Source of the DNA: Pyrodictium abyssi
GTDB taxonomy: Archaea; Thermoproteota; Thermoprotei_A; Sulfolobales; Pyrodictiaceae
Direction: 5' to 3'
Length of the DNA stretch: 32,000 bases
Assembly: GCF_036323395.1 (NCBI RefSeq)
Contig: NZ_AP028907.1
Coordinates: 2,010,001-2,042,000, forward strand
Shown here one piece after another: positions 15,758 through 23,596 of the stretch. The position numbers were made by a program, and so were the translations under genes. The first letter of the stretch is position 1; every line of letters starts with the position of its first letter. The notes beneath the pieces were generated by a model. It did not search any database. It saw nothing but the letters and a program-made list of their open reading frames with translations, and was not told where the DNA came from.

Positions 15758-16561
15758 ATGGCATCTGGCTCGGAATACAGCAGGTATGCAAACTACATAA
15801 AGAGCTTCATGCAGGACATAGCAGGACTCCCTACGAGTCAATTCGTACACGTAATCCAGGCTATTCAGGAGAAAGAAACGCTAGACCTCGCTGTGCTATA
15901 CACAGTGGCTGTGTCTAGGCTCTCAAGCCTGTGGCTAATATGGGAGGACTACTGCAGGGAAGGCAGTGCTAAGCCTGTATGCAGCGAGATACGCTCAATG
16001 GTGGAGCGTGCAGGCAGGGACATAGGCGTGGTGACCTTCTTCAACGGGGAGATAAAGAGCCTAATAGTCAGGCTGTTCATGGACCTATCGCCTGGTATAC
16101 TGGTGCCCGGCTGGGTATTCGCCTACTCTACACGGATAGGCCAGCCGCTCGCACGAAAGCTCCGTGAACTAGACGTAGCAGAGCAGGCTGCTCGGCTGCC
16201 TGGCTTCGTAGCCTCGCTCTACACGCTGGATGCGGTGGAGAATGCTTTGCTCGACTACTACTCTTCTAAGGGCTCGGAGTTCGCGTACGCCACGGCAGGA
16301 TACATCTACTGGGAGATAGTAAAGCCGTGTAGCCTACTAGCGGAGGTGTTTGTTGAGGCGTTCGCGGCTTCTACGAGGCTGCCTCAGCTCCGGCAAGAGG
16401 TCTACCAGAAGGTGATGGATAGCCTCCTCAGCGACGACACAGCGCCGCCTAGACTAGACTACAAGAAAGCCATATGGGCTGCGTTGGAAGAGGCACGTGG
16501 AGCACTTATGGAGGAGCTGAAGAGGGAGAGGCTTCTGCGTGGAGACGGCAAAAACCCGTAA
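15758..16561 (+). CDS. Hypothetical protein (ORFan-like, mostly helical)
   Basis: ORF 15704-16561. ATG 15758 (MASGSEY) has GGAGG 12 nt upstream and is my preferred start. I recognise no family motif. The 5' part has lower GC than its neighbours (27-28 of 60 in two hand-counted lines). Confidence 0.5.
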   Translation: MASGSEYSRYANYIKSFMQDIAGLPTSQFVHVIQAIQEKETLDLAVLYTVAVSRLSSLWLIWEDYCREGSAKPVCSEIRSMVERAGRDIGVVTFFNGEIKSLIVRLFMDLSPGILVPGWVFAYSTRIGQPLARKLRELDVAEQAARLPGFVASLYTLDAVENALLDYYSSKGSEFAYATAGYIYWEIVKPCSLLAEVFVEAFAASTRLPQLRQEVYQKVMDSLLSDDTAPPRLDYKKAIWAALEEARGALMEELKRERLLRGDGKNP

Positions 16562-16603
16562 CCCGGAGCAGCACCCGGGAAGATAGCGCCCGGCCCTTGC
16601 TCG

Positions 16604-16933
16604 CTAGAAGCCGAAGAGGCTCTCTAGGCCGGCCGCTAGCTGCTCCTCGCTTACCTCCTCCTTCTTCTCCTCAGCCTTCTCCTCTTCCTCTTCCTTCTTC
16701 TCCTCTGCGGCAGCCGGCGCGGCTGCGGCCGGGGCAGCAGCGGCCGCTACCGGCATGGCGGTGGCGGACTTGACTACCTCGTCTATGTTGATGTTCTTGA
16801 GGGCTGCCACGACAGCCTTTACGCGGGCCTCGTCAACCTCTACGCCAGCAGCCTCGAGTATCTTCTTGAGGTTCTCCTCACTTATCTCCTTACCAGCCGC
16901 ATATAGCACGAGACTAGCATAGATGTACTCCAT
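16604..16933 (-). CDS. rpl12: Ribosomal stalk protein aP1 (50S ribosomal protein L12)
   Basis: [54 protein letters not shown], an Ala/Pro hinge, an acidic-lysine tail, and a terminal GLESLFGF. This is the classic archaeal L12/P1 sequence. The track ORF starts 7 codons earlier (16954); the conserved N-terminus is MEYIYA. Confidence 0.95.
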   Translation of the reverse strand: MEYIYASLVLYAAGKEISEENLKKILEAAGVEVDEARVKAVVAALKNINIDEVVKSATAMPVAAAAAPAAAAPAAAEEKKEEEEEKAEEKKEEVSEEQLAAGLESLFGF

Positions 16934-17002
16934 TGCGCGACTCCTCCAGCCCATCCTCTAGGCTTCCTAGCCCAGCCCGCCTCCAGAGCCGGGCGGGTTT
17001 CT

Positions 17003-17968
17003 TTATCTTTCCGCTCCCCCGCCGCTCCTCCAGAGGATGAGAGGCTCTACCTCCGGCTTCTCCCGGCCAGCGAGCGCTATGGGCATACCCTGGGTGTTCA
17101 TAGCGGCGGCGGCGTTGCCCCTAGCGTCTAGCAGTATTATGCCGAGGTTATCGGGCCCGAAGAGCCGGGTATGCCGCGCCACAGCAGCACGCGCAGCCTC
17201 CTCTACGGGGACGCCCTCGGCGAGTAGCTCAACAGCGTATACGCATGGACGGCCCAGGAGTATGGTCTCCCCCACGCCCGTGGCCGAGCAGCCGCCAACC
17301 CTGCGCTCCACGTAGAACCCGGCACCCGGCACCGGGGAGTCGCCCACGCGCCCCGGGTGCTTCAGCGCGAGACCTCCAGTACTAGCCGAGGCAGCTAGCC
17401 GCCCAGAGACCAGCACCACAGCGCCGACGGTGTCGCCGTAGAGCTGGTGGAGCACCCGGGCCCACTCCGGGCCCTCGCCGTCCCGCAGCCTCTCCCTGAG
17501 GGTCCTCCAGCGCTCGAGCGCCCGAGGGCTAGGACCCGGGTGCCTCTCTAGCCCGAGGCGCTGCGCGAGTTCGTCGGCAGCAGGCCCCGCGAGCAGGACA
17601 TGGGGAAGCTTCTCAGCCACGTAGGCGGCTAGGCGGACCGGGTTACGCGGATACGAGACTACAGCAACCCCGCCAGCCTCCAGGGAGTCTGTCATAACGC
17701 CAGCGTCCATCTCCACACGGCCGTCGTACGTTAACACGCTGCCCACACCAGCGTTAAGCACACCACTATCCTCCAGCGCTGCGACCGCCTCGACGAGAGC
17801 CGTGAGCAGCCCCTCCCCGGCGTGTCTGAGGCCGGCAATAGCCCCAGCCCGGACAGCCTGGAGAACCTCGTCAACACTGCTAACGCCGCGCCAGCCACCA
17901 GCCCCGCCATGCACTATAACCGCGGGGTCGCCGAGCCGGACCGGCCCATAGACGGTTACATGAGCCAT
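17003..17968 (-). CDS. Isoaspartyl peptidase / L-asparaginase (Ntn-hydrolase, plant-type asparaginase family)
   Basis: VHGGAGG near the N-terminus, an autoprocessing/nucleophile context GDTVGAVVL, and STGGLALKHPGRVGDSPVPGAGFYV. Confidence 0.85.
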   Translation of the reverse strand: MAHVTVYGPVRLGDPAVIVHGGAGGWRGVSSVDEVLQAVRAGAIAGLRHAGEGLLTALVEAVAALEDSGVLNAGVGSVLTYDGRVEMDAGVMTDSLEAGGVAVVSYPRNPVRLAAYVAEKLPHVLLAGPAADELAQRLGLERHPGPSPRALERWRTLRERLRDGEGPEWARVLHQLYGDTVGAVVLVSGRLAASASTGGLALKHPGRVGDSPVPGAGFYVERRVGGCSATGVGETILLGRPCVYAVELLAEGVPVEEAARAAVARHTRLFGPDNLGIILLDARGNAAAAMNTQGMPIALAGREKPEVEPLILWRSGGGAER

Positions 17969-18687
17969 GGCCGCCTACTCCTCGCCCTCTCCCTCTCCTC
18001 CTCGACCACACGGCGTAGCTCCTTTACAAGCTCCGCTACGCGCTCCTTGGCGTCAAGCCGGTACCAGGGCTCACTCCCAGCGGGCTCTCCACGGAGAGCG
18101 CGGACAAGCCGGACAGCAGCAACACCGACATTATAGGCATCAAGCGTGGCCTGCTCATTCTCCAGCACGTCGCTCCTGCCATGATAATACGCCGAGCCCC
18201 AGGCTGGCACGTGGAACCCCATCATGTTAAGGGTCAGCAGTAGCCACGAGAGCGCGTTAGCAGCGCCAGCCTCCTCGCCAGCAGCTATAACGCCAGCCAC
18301 CTTACCGTCAAACAAGCTCCGCCCCACATGGTATATCATGTTCTCGAGAGCAGTAAGCCGGTCTATGAACGTCTTCAGCTTCCCCGACGCCATAAACCAG
18401 TACACCGGGGTAGCAAACACGACAGCATCAGCCCACAGCACCGCCTCGGCGAGCTCCCGGAACCTATCACCCCGCTCGTGAAGCGGACAAGTCTTCGGGA
18501 AATAGCACTCGTAGAGATTATCAGAATAACACGCCATACAAGGCTCCAAGTGGTAGTCATAGAGGTGGATCAGCCGAGTCTCGGCCCCCTGGTCTTCTGC
18601 CCCACGTAATGCTAGCCATAGCATCTTGAAAGTGTTCCCGTAGCTCCGAGGAGACCCGTTAACCCCAAGGACCTTTACGCTGCCCAT
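17956..18687 (-). CDS. NADPH-dependent FMN reductase family flavoprotein (Cys-rich, Isf-like)
   Basis: The N-terminus VKVLGVNGSPRSYGNTFKML is typical of the FMN_red family. A Cys cluster is present (EPCMACYSDNLYECYFPKTCP). The gene overlaps the downstream asparaginase start by 13 nt, which suggests an operon. Confidence 0.7.
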   Translation of the reverse strand: MGSVKVLGVNGSPRSYGNTFKMLWLALRGAEDQGAETRLIHLYDYHLEPCMACYSDNLYECYFPKTCPLHERGDRFRELAEAVLWADAVVFATPVYWFMASGKLKTFIDRLTALENMIYHVGRSLFDGKVAGVIAAGEEAGAANALSWLLLTLNMMGFHVPAWGSAYYHGRSDVLENEQATLDAYNVGVAAVRLVRALRGEPAGSEPWYRLDAKERVAELVKELRRVVEEERERARSRRPWLM

Positions 18688-18840
18688 AGTGCTCCCCCGC
18701 GGCGGCTGTGAGGCCTAGAGGCTTAATTCAACGCACTTCGCAGCCACTATCAGTGCGGGTAAACGTCAGGGCATTAGGAGAGGCGGGCCGGCTAAGCTAG
18801 GGTTCAAAACCTGAATGTTGGGCGGCTTTGGTGAACGCTC

Positions 18841-19509
18841 TTGGGCGGTCATGGGAGAGGCAGGGCAGCATACATAGTACTTGAAGGAATAGATGGCGCC
18901 GGTACTACCACGCACAGCAAGCTCTTGGCAGAGAAACTGGAGAAACTTGGATACTGTACCTGCCTATTCGAGGAACCTAGCAGGGGGGACGTCGGCATAG
19001 TAATCCGGAAGATACTCTCACAGGGGCCCTTCGACCAGCGCCTTCTATCCCTGCTCTTTGCAGCCGATAGGCTAATGCTGCGCAGTAGCATAGAGGGCTG
19101 CCTGGACAGAGGCTGTCTAGCTATCAGCGATAGGAGCTGGATATCCAGCTTAGCCTACCAGAGCTACGACGACTTCCCAGACCCTGCACCCATTGAATGG
19201 ATATATGTAGTTAATCGCTACGCTATGCGCCCAGACATTCTAGTCTTCCTGGATGTTGAGCCAGCTATAGCCTACCGTAGGCTCGGTAGGAGGAAAGGTA
19301 GCCGTGAGCTGCCGGAGAGGCTACAAGCTCTCCGTGGTCTTGCTAGACGGTATGAGCACGTGCTGAAGCTGATAGAGGGTATAATACCCTTAGTTGTGCG
19401 TGTAAAGGGTAGTATAAACGGTTGTGAACGTCCGGTAGAGGCTGTCTCAAGAGATATTTTAACTGTTGTTCTTGCAGCGCTTAGGTACTGGGAACATAGC
19501 AAGGCGTAG
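18841..19509 (+). CDS. tmk: Thymidylate kinase family protein with degenerate P-loop
   Basis: Tmk-like motifs are IVLEGIDGAGTTTH, LLFAADR, ISDRSWISSLAYQ, and a LID-like RRLGRRKGSRE. TTG is the only in-frame start. The P-loop Lys is replaced by Thr (see findings). Confidence 0.75.
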   Translation: MGGHGRGRAAYIVLEGIDGAGTTTHSKLLAEKLEKLGYCTCLFEEPSRGDVGIVIRKILSQGPFDQRLLSLLFAADRLMLRSSIEGCLDRGCLAISDRSWISSLAYQSYDDFPDPAPIEWIYVVNRYAMRPDILVFLDVEPAIAYRRLGRRKGSRELPERLQALRGLARRYEHVLKLIEGIIPLVVRVKGSINGCERPVEAVSRDILTVVLAALRYWEHSKA

Positions 19510-19617
19510 GGCCAGCCTCCGCGTTTTACACCTTAGCATAGCATGATGGGTGTCCAGCTACTAGAGTGATGCATGCGCATGTAGTGATGGTCAAGATGCA
19601 GCCGGGGGATAGTCATA

Positions 19618-19866
19618 TTGGCTCAGAACGAGAGGCCTAGGGGCGTCGTTACTCTAGACGTGATGCCGCCTGGATCACGTGCACGCGTAGTGCGTATAGA
19701 TGCTGGTACAAGGGCGCTCCGGCGGATAATAGAGATGGGGATTACTCCCGGCACTGTCGTAGAGGTTGTGGGGAGCTATGGTGGCCCGATACTGGTGCGG
19801 GTCCGGGGCGTAGTGCTTGCGCTAGGGAGGGGTGTGGCCCGGAAGATACTTGTTGAGCCGCTCTAG
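19618..19866 (+). CDS. feoA: FeoA-domain small protein
   Basis: 82-aa ORF with the FeoA/SH3-like pattern: PPGSRARVVRIDAGTRALRRIIEMGITPGTVVEVV...GPILVRVRG..LALGRGVARKILVE. Confidence 0.65.
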   Translation: MAQNERPRGVVTLDVMPPGSRARVVRIDAGTRALRRIIEMGITPGTVVEVVGSYGGPILVRVRGVVLALGRGVARKILVEPL

Positions 19867-21101
19867 GCCCGGCGTAGCACTGCTATGAAGCCCCCTGTGG
19901 ACCTGGATATGTGTGGGTAGATGCGCTGGGCTCCGGGTAGCCATGGGCTCCAGACACCTATGAGGGGCTGGGCTTCCTCGAGCTCGGCGAGTCCCTCCTC
20001 AACCACGGCTCTGACCACGTCCTCGTTCTCGTCGCGCGTGAGAGTACACGTCATGTAGACTACCCTGGAGCCTGGCTTGACGCTAGCTAGGGCGGCGCGT
20101 AGTCCAGCCTTCTGTAGCTTTTGTAGCTTCTCGACTATCCTGGGCCCGGCGCGCTCGAGGAACAGCCGGGTCTCGGGGCTGTGGCCGAGACGGCCCATAC
20201 TAGTACAGTCCGGGTCCACTAGCGCAGACGTGGCCGAGCCCGGTCTAAGCGGCGGCCTGGTGGCGTCGCCAGCCACCAGGTCGGCTAGAGCAGCGCCCTG
20301 TCGCCGGAGGAGGCGCTTCTCGTCTAGGAGGCGCCGCGGCGATATCTCCACGGCCACGGCGGCTCTGGGGCCGCTCCGCCACATGACGTGAGCCAGCTTG
20401 TTGCCCGGCGCGCTGAAGGCGTCTAGGATGAGTCTGCCAGGATCCCCTAGGACGTGGGCAGCGAGTGCAGCGGCCCGGTCCTGTATGTAGAAGAGCCTTG
20501 GGTCTAGCCGCTCGGGCGCGCCGGGCTCCACCTCGATGGCCTCGACTACATCGTCTAGTACTGGGTCGGGTTCTGCTCGTATCCCGGCCCTGGAGAGGAG
20601 CTCGATCGCCTGGCCCAGTGTGAGCCTTCCCTTGTTGAAGCGTATCCACATGGGCGTCGGCTTCTGGAGGCTCTTGAGGAGCGCCTCGAGACCGCCTGGC
20701 GGGTTTAGCTCCGCGAGCTTCTCGACCACCCAGAGGGGCAGGCTGTAGAGCACTGCGAGCCTCTCTAGCCCTTCCAGGCCGGAGACAATGTCCCTGGGCT
20801 CGGCCCTCCTTAGGCACTCGGCTACGTCCCGCGGGAGCCCAGTGGCCTCCACGACGCGGTCGAGCGGCACAGCATCGCGCCGGAACATAGCCTCGTAGGC
20901 TCCCACCAGCGGGAGCCAGCCCTCGGGGCGGCCGCGCACCTGGCCGCGGTAGCCGCAGTAGCGGAGCCCCCGCACCAGGAGCCGATAGTTACGGAGTACG
21001 CCCAGGCACAGCGCGTTGAGGAGACCCCGGGGCACCCGTGGGCGCAGCTTCTCGACTACGTAGCGCAGCGAGTAGAGTTTAGCCTCGACCCTGCTGAGCA
21101 C
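19863..21101 (-). CDS. RsmB/NOL1/NOP2/Sun-family RNA cytosine-C5 methyltransferase
   Basis: SAM-binding motif ILDAFSAPGNKLAH, motif IV with catalytic Cys LVDPDCTSMG, and motif VI VVYMTCTLTRDENEDVV. GTG start at 21101. Confidence 0.85.
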   Translation of the reverse strand: MLSRVEAKLYSLRYVVEKLRPRVPRGLLNALCLGVLRNYRLLVRGLRYCGYRGQVRGRPEGWLPLVGAYEAMFRRDAVPLDRVVEATGLPRDVAECLRRAEPRDIVSGLEGLERLAVLYSLPLWVVEKLAELNPPGGLEALLKSLQKPTPMWIRFNKGRLTLGQAIELLSRAGIRAEPDPVLDDVVEAIEVEPGAPERLDPRLFYIQDRAAALAAHVLGDPGRLILDAFSAPGNKLAHVMWRSGPRAAVAVEISPRRLLDEKRLLRRQGAALADLVAGDATRPPLRPGSATSALVDPDCTSMGRLGHSPETRLFLERAGPRIVEKLQKLQKAGLRAALASVKPGSRVVYMTCTLTRDENEDVVRAVVEEGLAELEEAQPLIGVWSPWLPGAQRIYPHISRSTGGFIAVLRRA

Positions 21102-21279
21102 TACTGCGCAGGCATGCTCTACGCTCCGCAGCCCTGCTCCCCGGGGTGACCATGCCCCCTTTGCCGGCGGCCCCCTATCAGCATAATACCTAGCCCACGT
21201 CTCTAGAGGTGCTACCCCAGGGACTCGGCTAGGGGCCTCAGAGCTGGGCCCGTTAGTGGCTACCTAGGGGCACCCGGGT

Positions 21280-22275
21280 ATGGGCTACCGTGTGCTGATA
21301 ATAGGCGGTATAGGCTACCTTGGCTATAACCTCGCGCTAGAGCATAGCAGCGGCGGCGACACTGTATACGTGGTGGCTAGGAGGTCGAGTGCGGAGAAAC
21401 GCCCCCTGCTCTTCGAGGAGCTGAAGCAGCTAACGGAGAGGATACTCCTAACGTCGACCCTGCACGACCCCGCCGATATCCAGGGGAGCATAGACAGCGT
21501 TGGATGCCCGGACATAGCATACATGGCTGTAGGCAAGCTCCAGGGGACCAGAGAGGAGCTAATGGAAGCTAACGCTGTTATACCGAAGAGGTGGGCGGAG
21601 CTGCTGTCGCGGCGCTGCATTGACGCGCTATACGTCTACATCAGCAACACACTAGCCGTGGGAGACGCGAGCAAATGTGCACAGAACGGCCGCGTGGTAG
21701 AGGAGGCCCCACATCTACGGGGCTGTAGGCCGGTAGGCCCCCACGGCTTGTCGAAGATGGAGGGCGAGCGCAACGTGATGTCTGTGTGCCGGCGTACCCG
21801 GCTAAGCGTGGCAATACTCCGCCCCGGGCTGCTGGTAGGACGCTGGTGCTACCACGACGAGTGGCGCATCCTGTACCGGCTCGCCAGGCTCCATATAAGG
21901 ATAAGCGGTGGCCCCTTCATCCACGCCGCGCCGGCCCGAGACATAGCGGTAGCCTCGCGGCTCCTGCGGGACCGTATGGGCGACAAGTTCTGCGGCTGGT
22001 TCTACGCGACACCCTGGCGAGGCAGGCTAGGCGAGCTGCATAGGCTCCTGCACAGCCACCTCGGGGTTAGGGGCTCCATGCCGCTCCCACTGCCCCGGCT
22101 CCCGCGCGTCAGACTGCCCGGGCTGCCCGAGATACTAGCCGAGTACAGCGCACAGCAACGCCTAGTCTTCGAGCCCTACGCGCTAAACGAGCTAGGCATG
22201 GAGTGGCGTAGTATAGATGAGGCGGTACGCGAGGCGGCAGAGTGGCTCAAAAACTACATGGGGGAGAAGCTCTAG
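21280..22275 (+). CDS. NAD(P)-dependent epimerase/dehydratase-like (extended SDR) protein, atypical active site
   Basis: N-terminal Rossmann motif VLIIGGIGYLGYNL. SDR-like layout (YISNTLAVGD ... PVGPHGLSKMEGE), with His where the catalytic Tyr of YxxxK is expected. Confidence 0.65.
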   Translation: MGYRVLIIGGIGYLGYNLALEHSSGGDTVYVVARRSSAEKRPLLFEELKQLTERILLTSTLHDPADIQGSIDSVGCPDIAYMAVGKLQGTREELMEANAVIPKRWAELLSRRCIDALYVYISNTLAVGDASKCAQNGRVVEEAPHLRGCRPVGPHGLSKMEGERNVMSVCRRTRLSVAILRPGLLVGRWCYHDEWRILYRLARLHIRISGGPFIHAAPARDIAVASRLLRDRMGDKFCGWFYATPWRGRLGELHRLLHSHLGVRGSMPLPLPRLPRVRLPGLPEILAEYSAQQRLVFEPYALNELGMEWRSIDEAVREAAEWLKNYMGEKL

Positions 22276-22315
22276 GAGGCATACACGCGGAAGCATGCAC
22301 GGAGATGGCCGAGGC

Positions 22316-22990
22316 ATGGCTGGGCAGATTCGCCCGGAGGAGCTAAGCTTCGAGGAAGGCGCCTACCTCGTAAGGCTCGCGCGGCGGAGTGTAGAGCACC
22401 ATCTCAGGCATGGCGGGAAGATGCCGGTACCCAGTGACGCCCCGCCCCGGCTCATGAGGCCGGGGGCAGCCTTCGTCACTATAACCACGTACTATGGCCC
22501 CGAGTCCCGCGAGCTGCGGGGCTGCATAGGCTACGTCCAGCCGGTGAAGAGCCTCGTAGAGACTGTGATAGACGTAGCCGTGGAGGCGGCGTTCAACGAC
22601 CCAAGGTTCCCGCCCCTCAACCCCGACGAGCTGCCCCGTGTGACATTCGAGGTGAGCGTCCTCGGGCCCCTCGAGCCGCTGCCCCGAGACCCAGAGGAGA
22701 GACCCAAGAGCTTCACGATAGGCCGCCACGGGCTGGTGGCACGCCGGGGGCTCTTCCAGGGCCTCCTCCTCCCCGAGGTCCCGGTAGAGTATCTATGGGA
22801 CCCGGAGACATTCCTAGCCGAGACCTGCGTCAAGGCTAGCATGGCGCCTAGCTGCTGGCTCGACCCCGATACCGAGTTCTACAGGTTCAGCGGGCGCGCT
22901 TGGCGCGAGAAGACGCCGCTAGGCGAGATAGAGGAACGTGACCTAGCGGAGGAGTACCAGCAGCTACTCCAGCGCTACCTACGCGGCTAG
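22316..22990 (+). CDS. AMMECR1 domain protein
   Basis: GAAFVTITT...RELRGCIGY core motif of AMMECR1. The ORF track begins at 22217, overlapping the upstream gene. ATG 22295 or 22316 (MAGQIRPEE) are more plausible starts. Confidence 0.85.
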   Translation: MAGQIRPEELSFEEGAYLVRLARRSVEHHLRHGGKMPVPSDAPPRLMRPGAAFVTITTYYGPESRELRGCIGYVQPVKSLVETVIDVAVEAAFNDPRFPPLNPDELPRVTFEVSVLGPLEPLPRDPEERPKSFTIGRHGLVARRGLFQGLLLPEVPVEYLWDPETFLAETCVKASMAPSCWLDPDTEFYRFSGRAWREKTPLGEIEERDLAEEYQQLLQRYLRG

Positions 22991-23029
22991 CAGGCCTCCA
23001 CCGGGGATATAGGGGCTAGCCCGGCTCCC

Positions 23030-23596
23030 TTGTCCCCTGGTGGAGTGGTATTGGCTAGGAGGCAGCGCCGGCAGCAGGTGGTAGCGCCCCCAGCGCTCAC
23101 AGTGGAGGGCGGAGAACTCTACCTCATATCGATACGGCCGGTCTACGCCTACCAGATATTCCGGTCCCGGAAGAAGTTCGAGCTACGCCGCAACGCGGCC
23201 GGCAGGATACCGGAAGGCGCAGTAATGGTAGTCTACGCGTCGGGGAACGTCCGGGCGATAATAGGCGAGTTCACAGTAGGCCGGGTAATCGAGGGCACGG
23301 CTGAGCAGGTATGGCGCAAGGTAATGGAGCAGCCTGACGCGGGTGTGGGCGGCGACGCGTGGCACTACATACGGGGCGCCCAGCGCGCAATGGCGCTCGA
23401 GGTCCAGAACCCCGTAATGTACCCGCGTCGTGTGACCCTGGAGGAGATACGCAGGGTAATACCGGGCTGGAACCCGCCGCTCAGCTACAAGCAGCTCCGC
23501 GAGGGCGAGCCCGTCTACGAGCTCATTATACGCAGGCTGCGCCGCCTAGCAGGCCTCGAGCCGGACTACGAGGAGGAACCGGCCGTGGAGGCCTAG
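23030..23596 (+). CDS. ASCH/PUA-like domain protein (tentative)
   Basis: YLISIRPVYAYQIFRSRKKFELRRN...VMVVYASGNVRAIIGEFTVGRVI resembles the ASCH beta-barrel pattern. This rests on motif resemblance only. The start (TTG 23030) is uncertain. Confidence 0.45.
   Translation: MSPGGVVLARRQRRQQVVAPPALTVEGGELYLISIRPVYAYQIFRSRKKFELRRNAAGRIPEGAVMVVYASGNVRAIIGEFTVGRVIEGTAEQVWRKVMEQPDAGVGGDAWHYIRGAQRAMALEVQNPVMYPRRVTLEEIRRVIPGWNPPLSYKQLREGEPVYELIIRRLRRLAGLEPDYEEEPAVEA

Noticed and set aside
16640-16715. Long polypyrimidine/polypurine tract (CTCCTTCTTCTCCTC...)
   Set aside because: It is simply the coding sequence of the acidic-lysine tail ([17 protein letters not shown]) of stalk protein aP1 on the minus strand. 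The antisense track ORF 16474-16773 is an artefact of this tract.
18799-18813. tRNA T-loop-like GGTTCAAAACC in the flavoprotein/tmk spacer
   Set aside because: The flanking bases do not form a 5-bp T-stem. No acceptor, D or anticodon arms can be drawn in either orientation.
19540-19600. Three TGATG motifs upstream of feoA as possible C/D boxes
   Set aside because: There is no CTGA D box on either strand within the required distance.
20245-20817. 190-aa same-strand alternative-frame ORF inside the RsmB-like gene. Similar cases are 29980-30450 (-) inside the HAD gene and 14649-15194 (+) inside TIP49.
   Set aside because: All three are extremely Arg/Gly/Pro-rich, typical of shifted frames in GC-rich coding DNA. 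In each case the primary frame has clear catalytic motifs.
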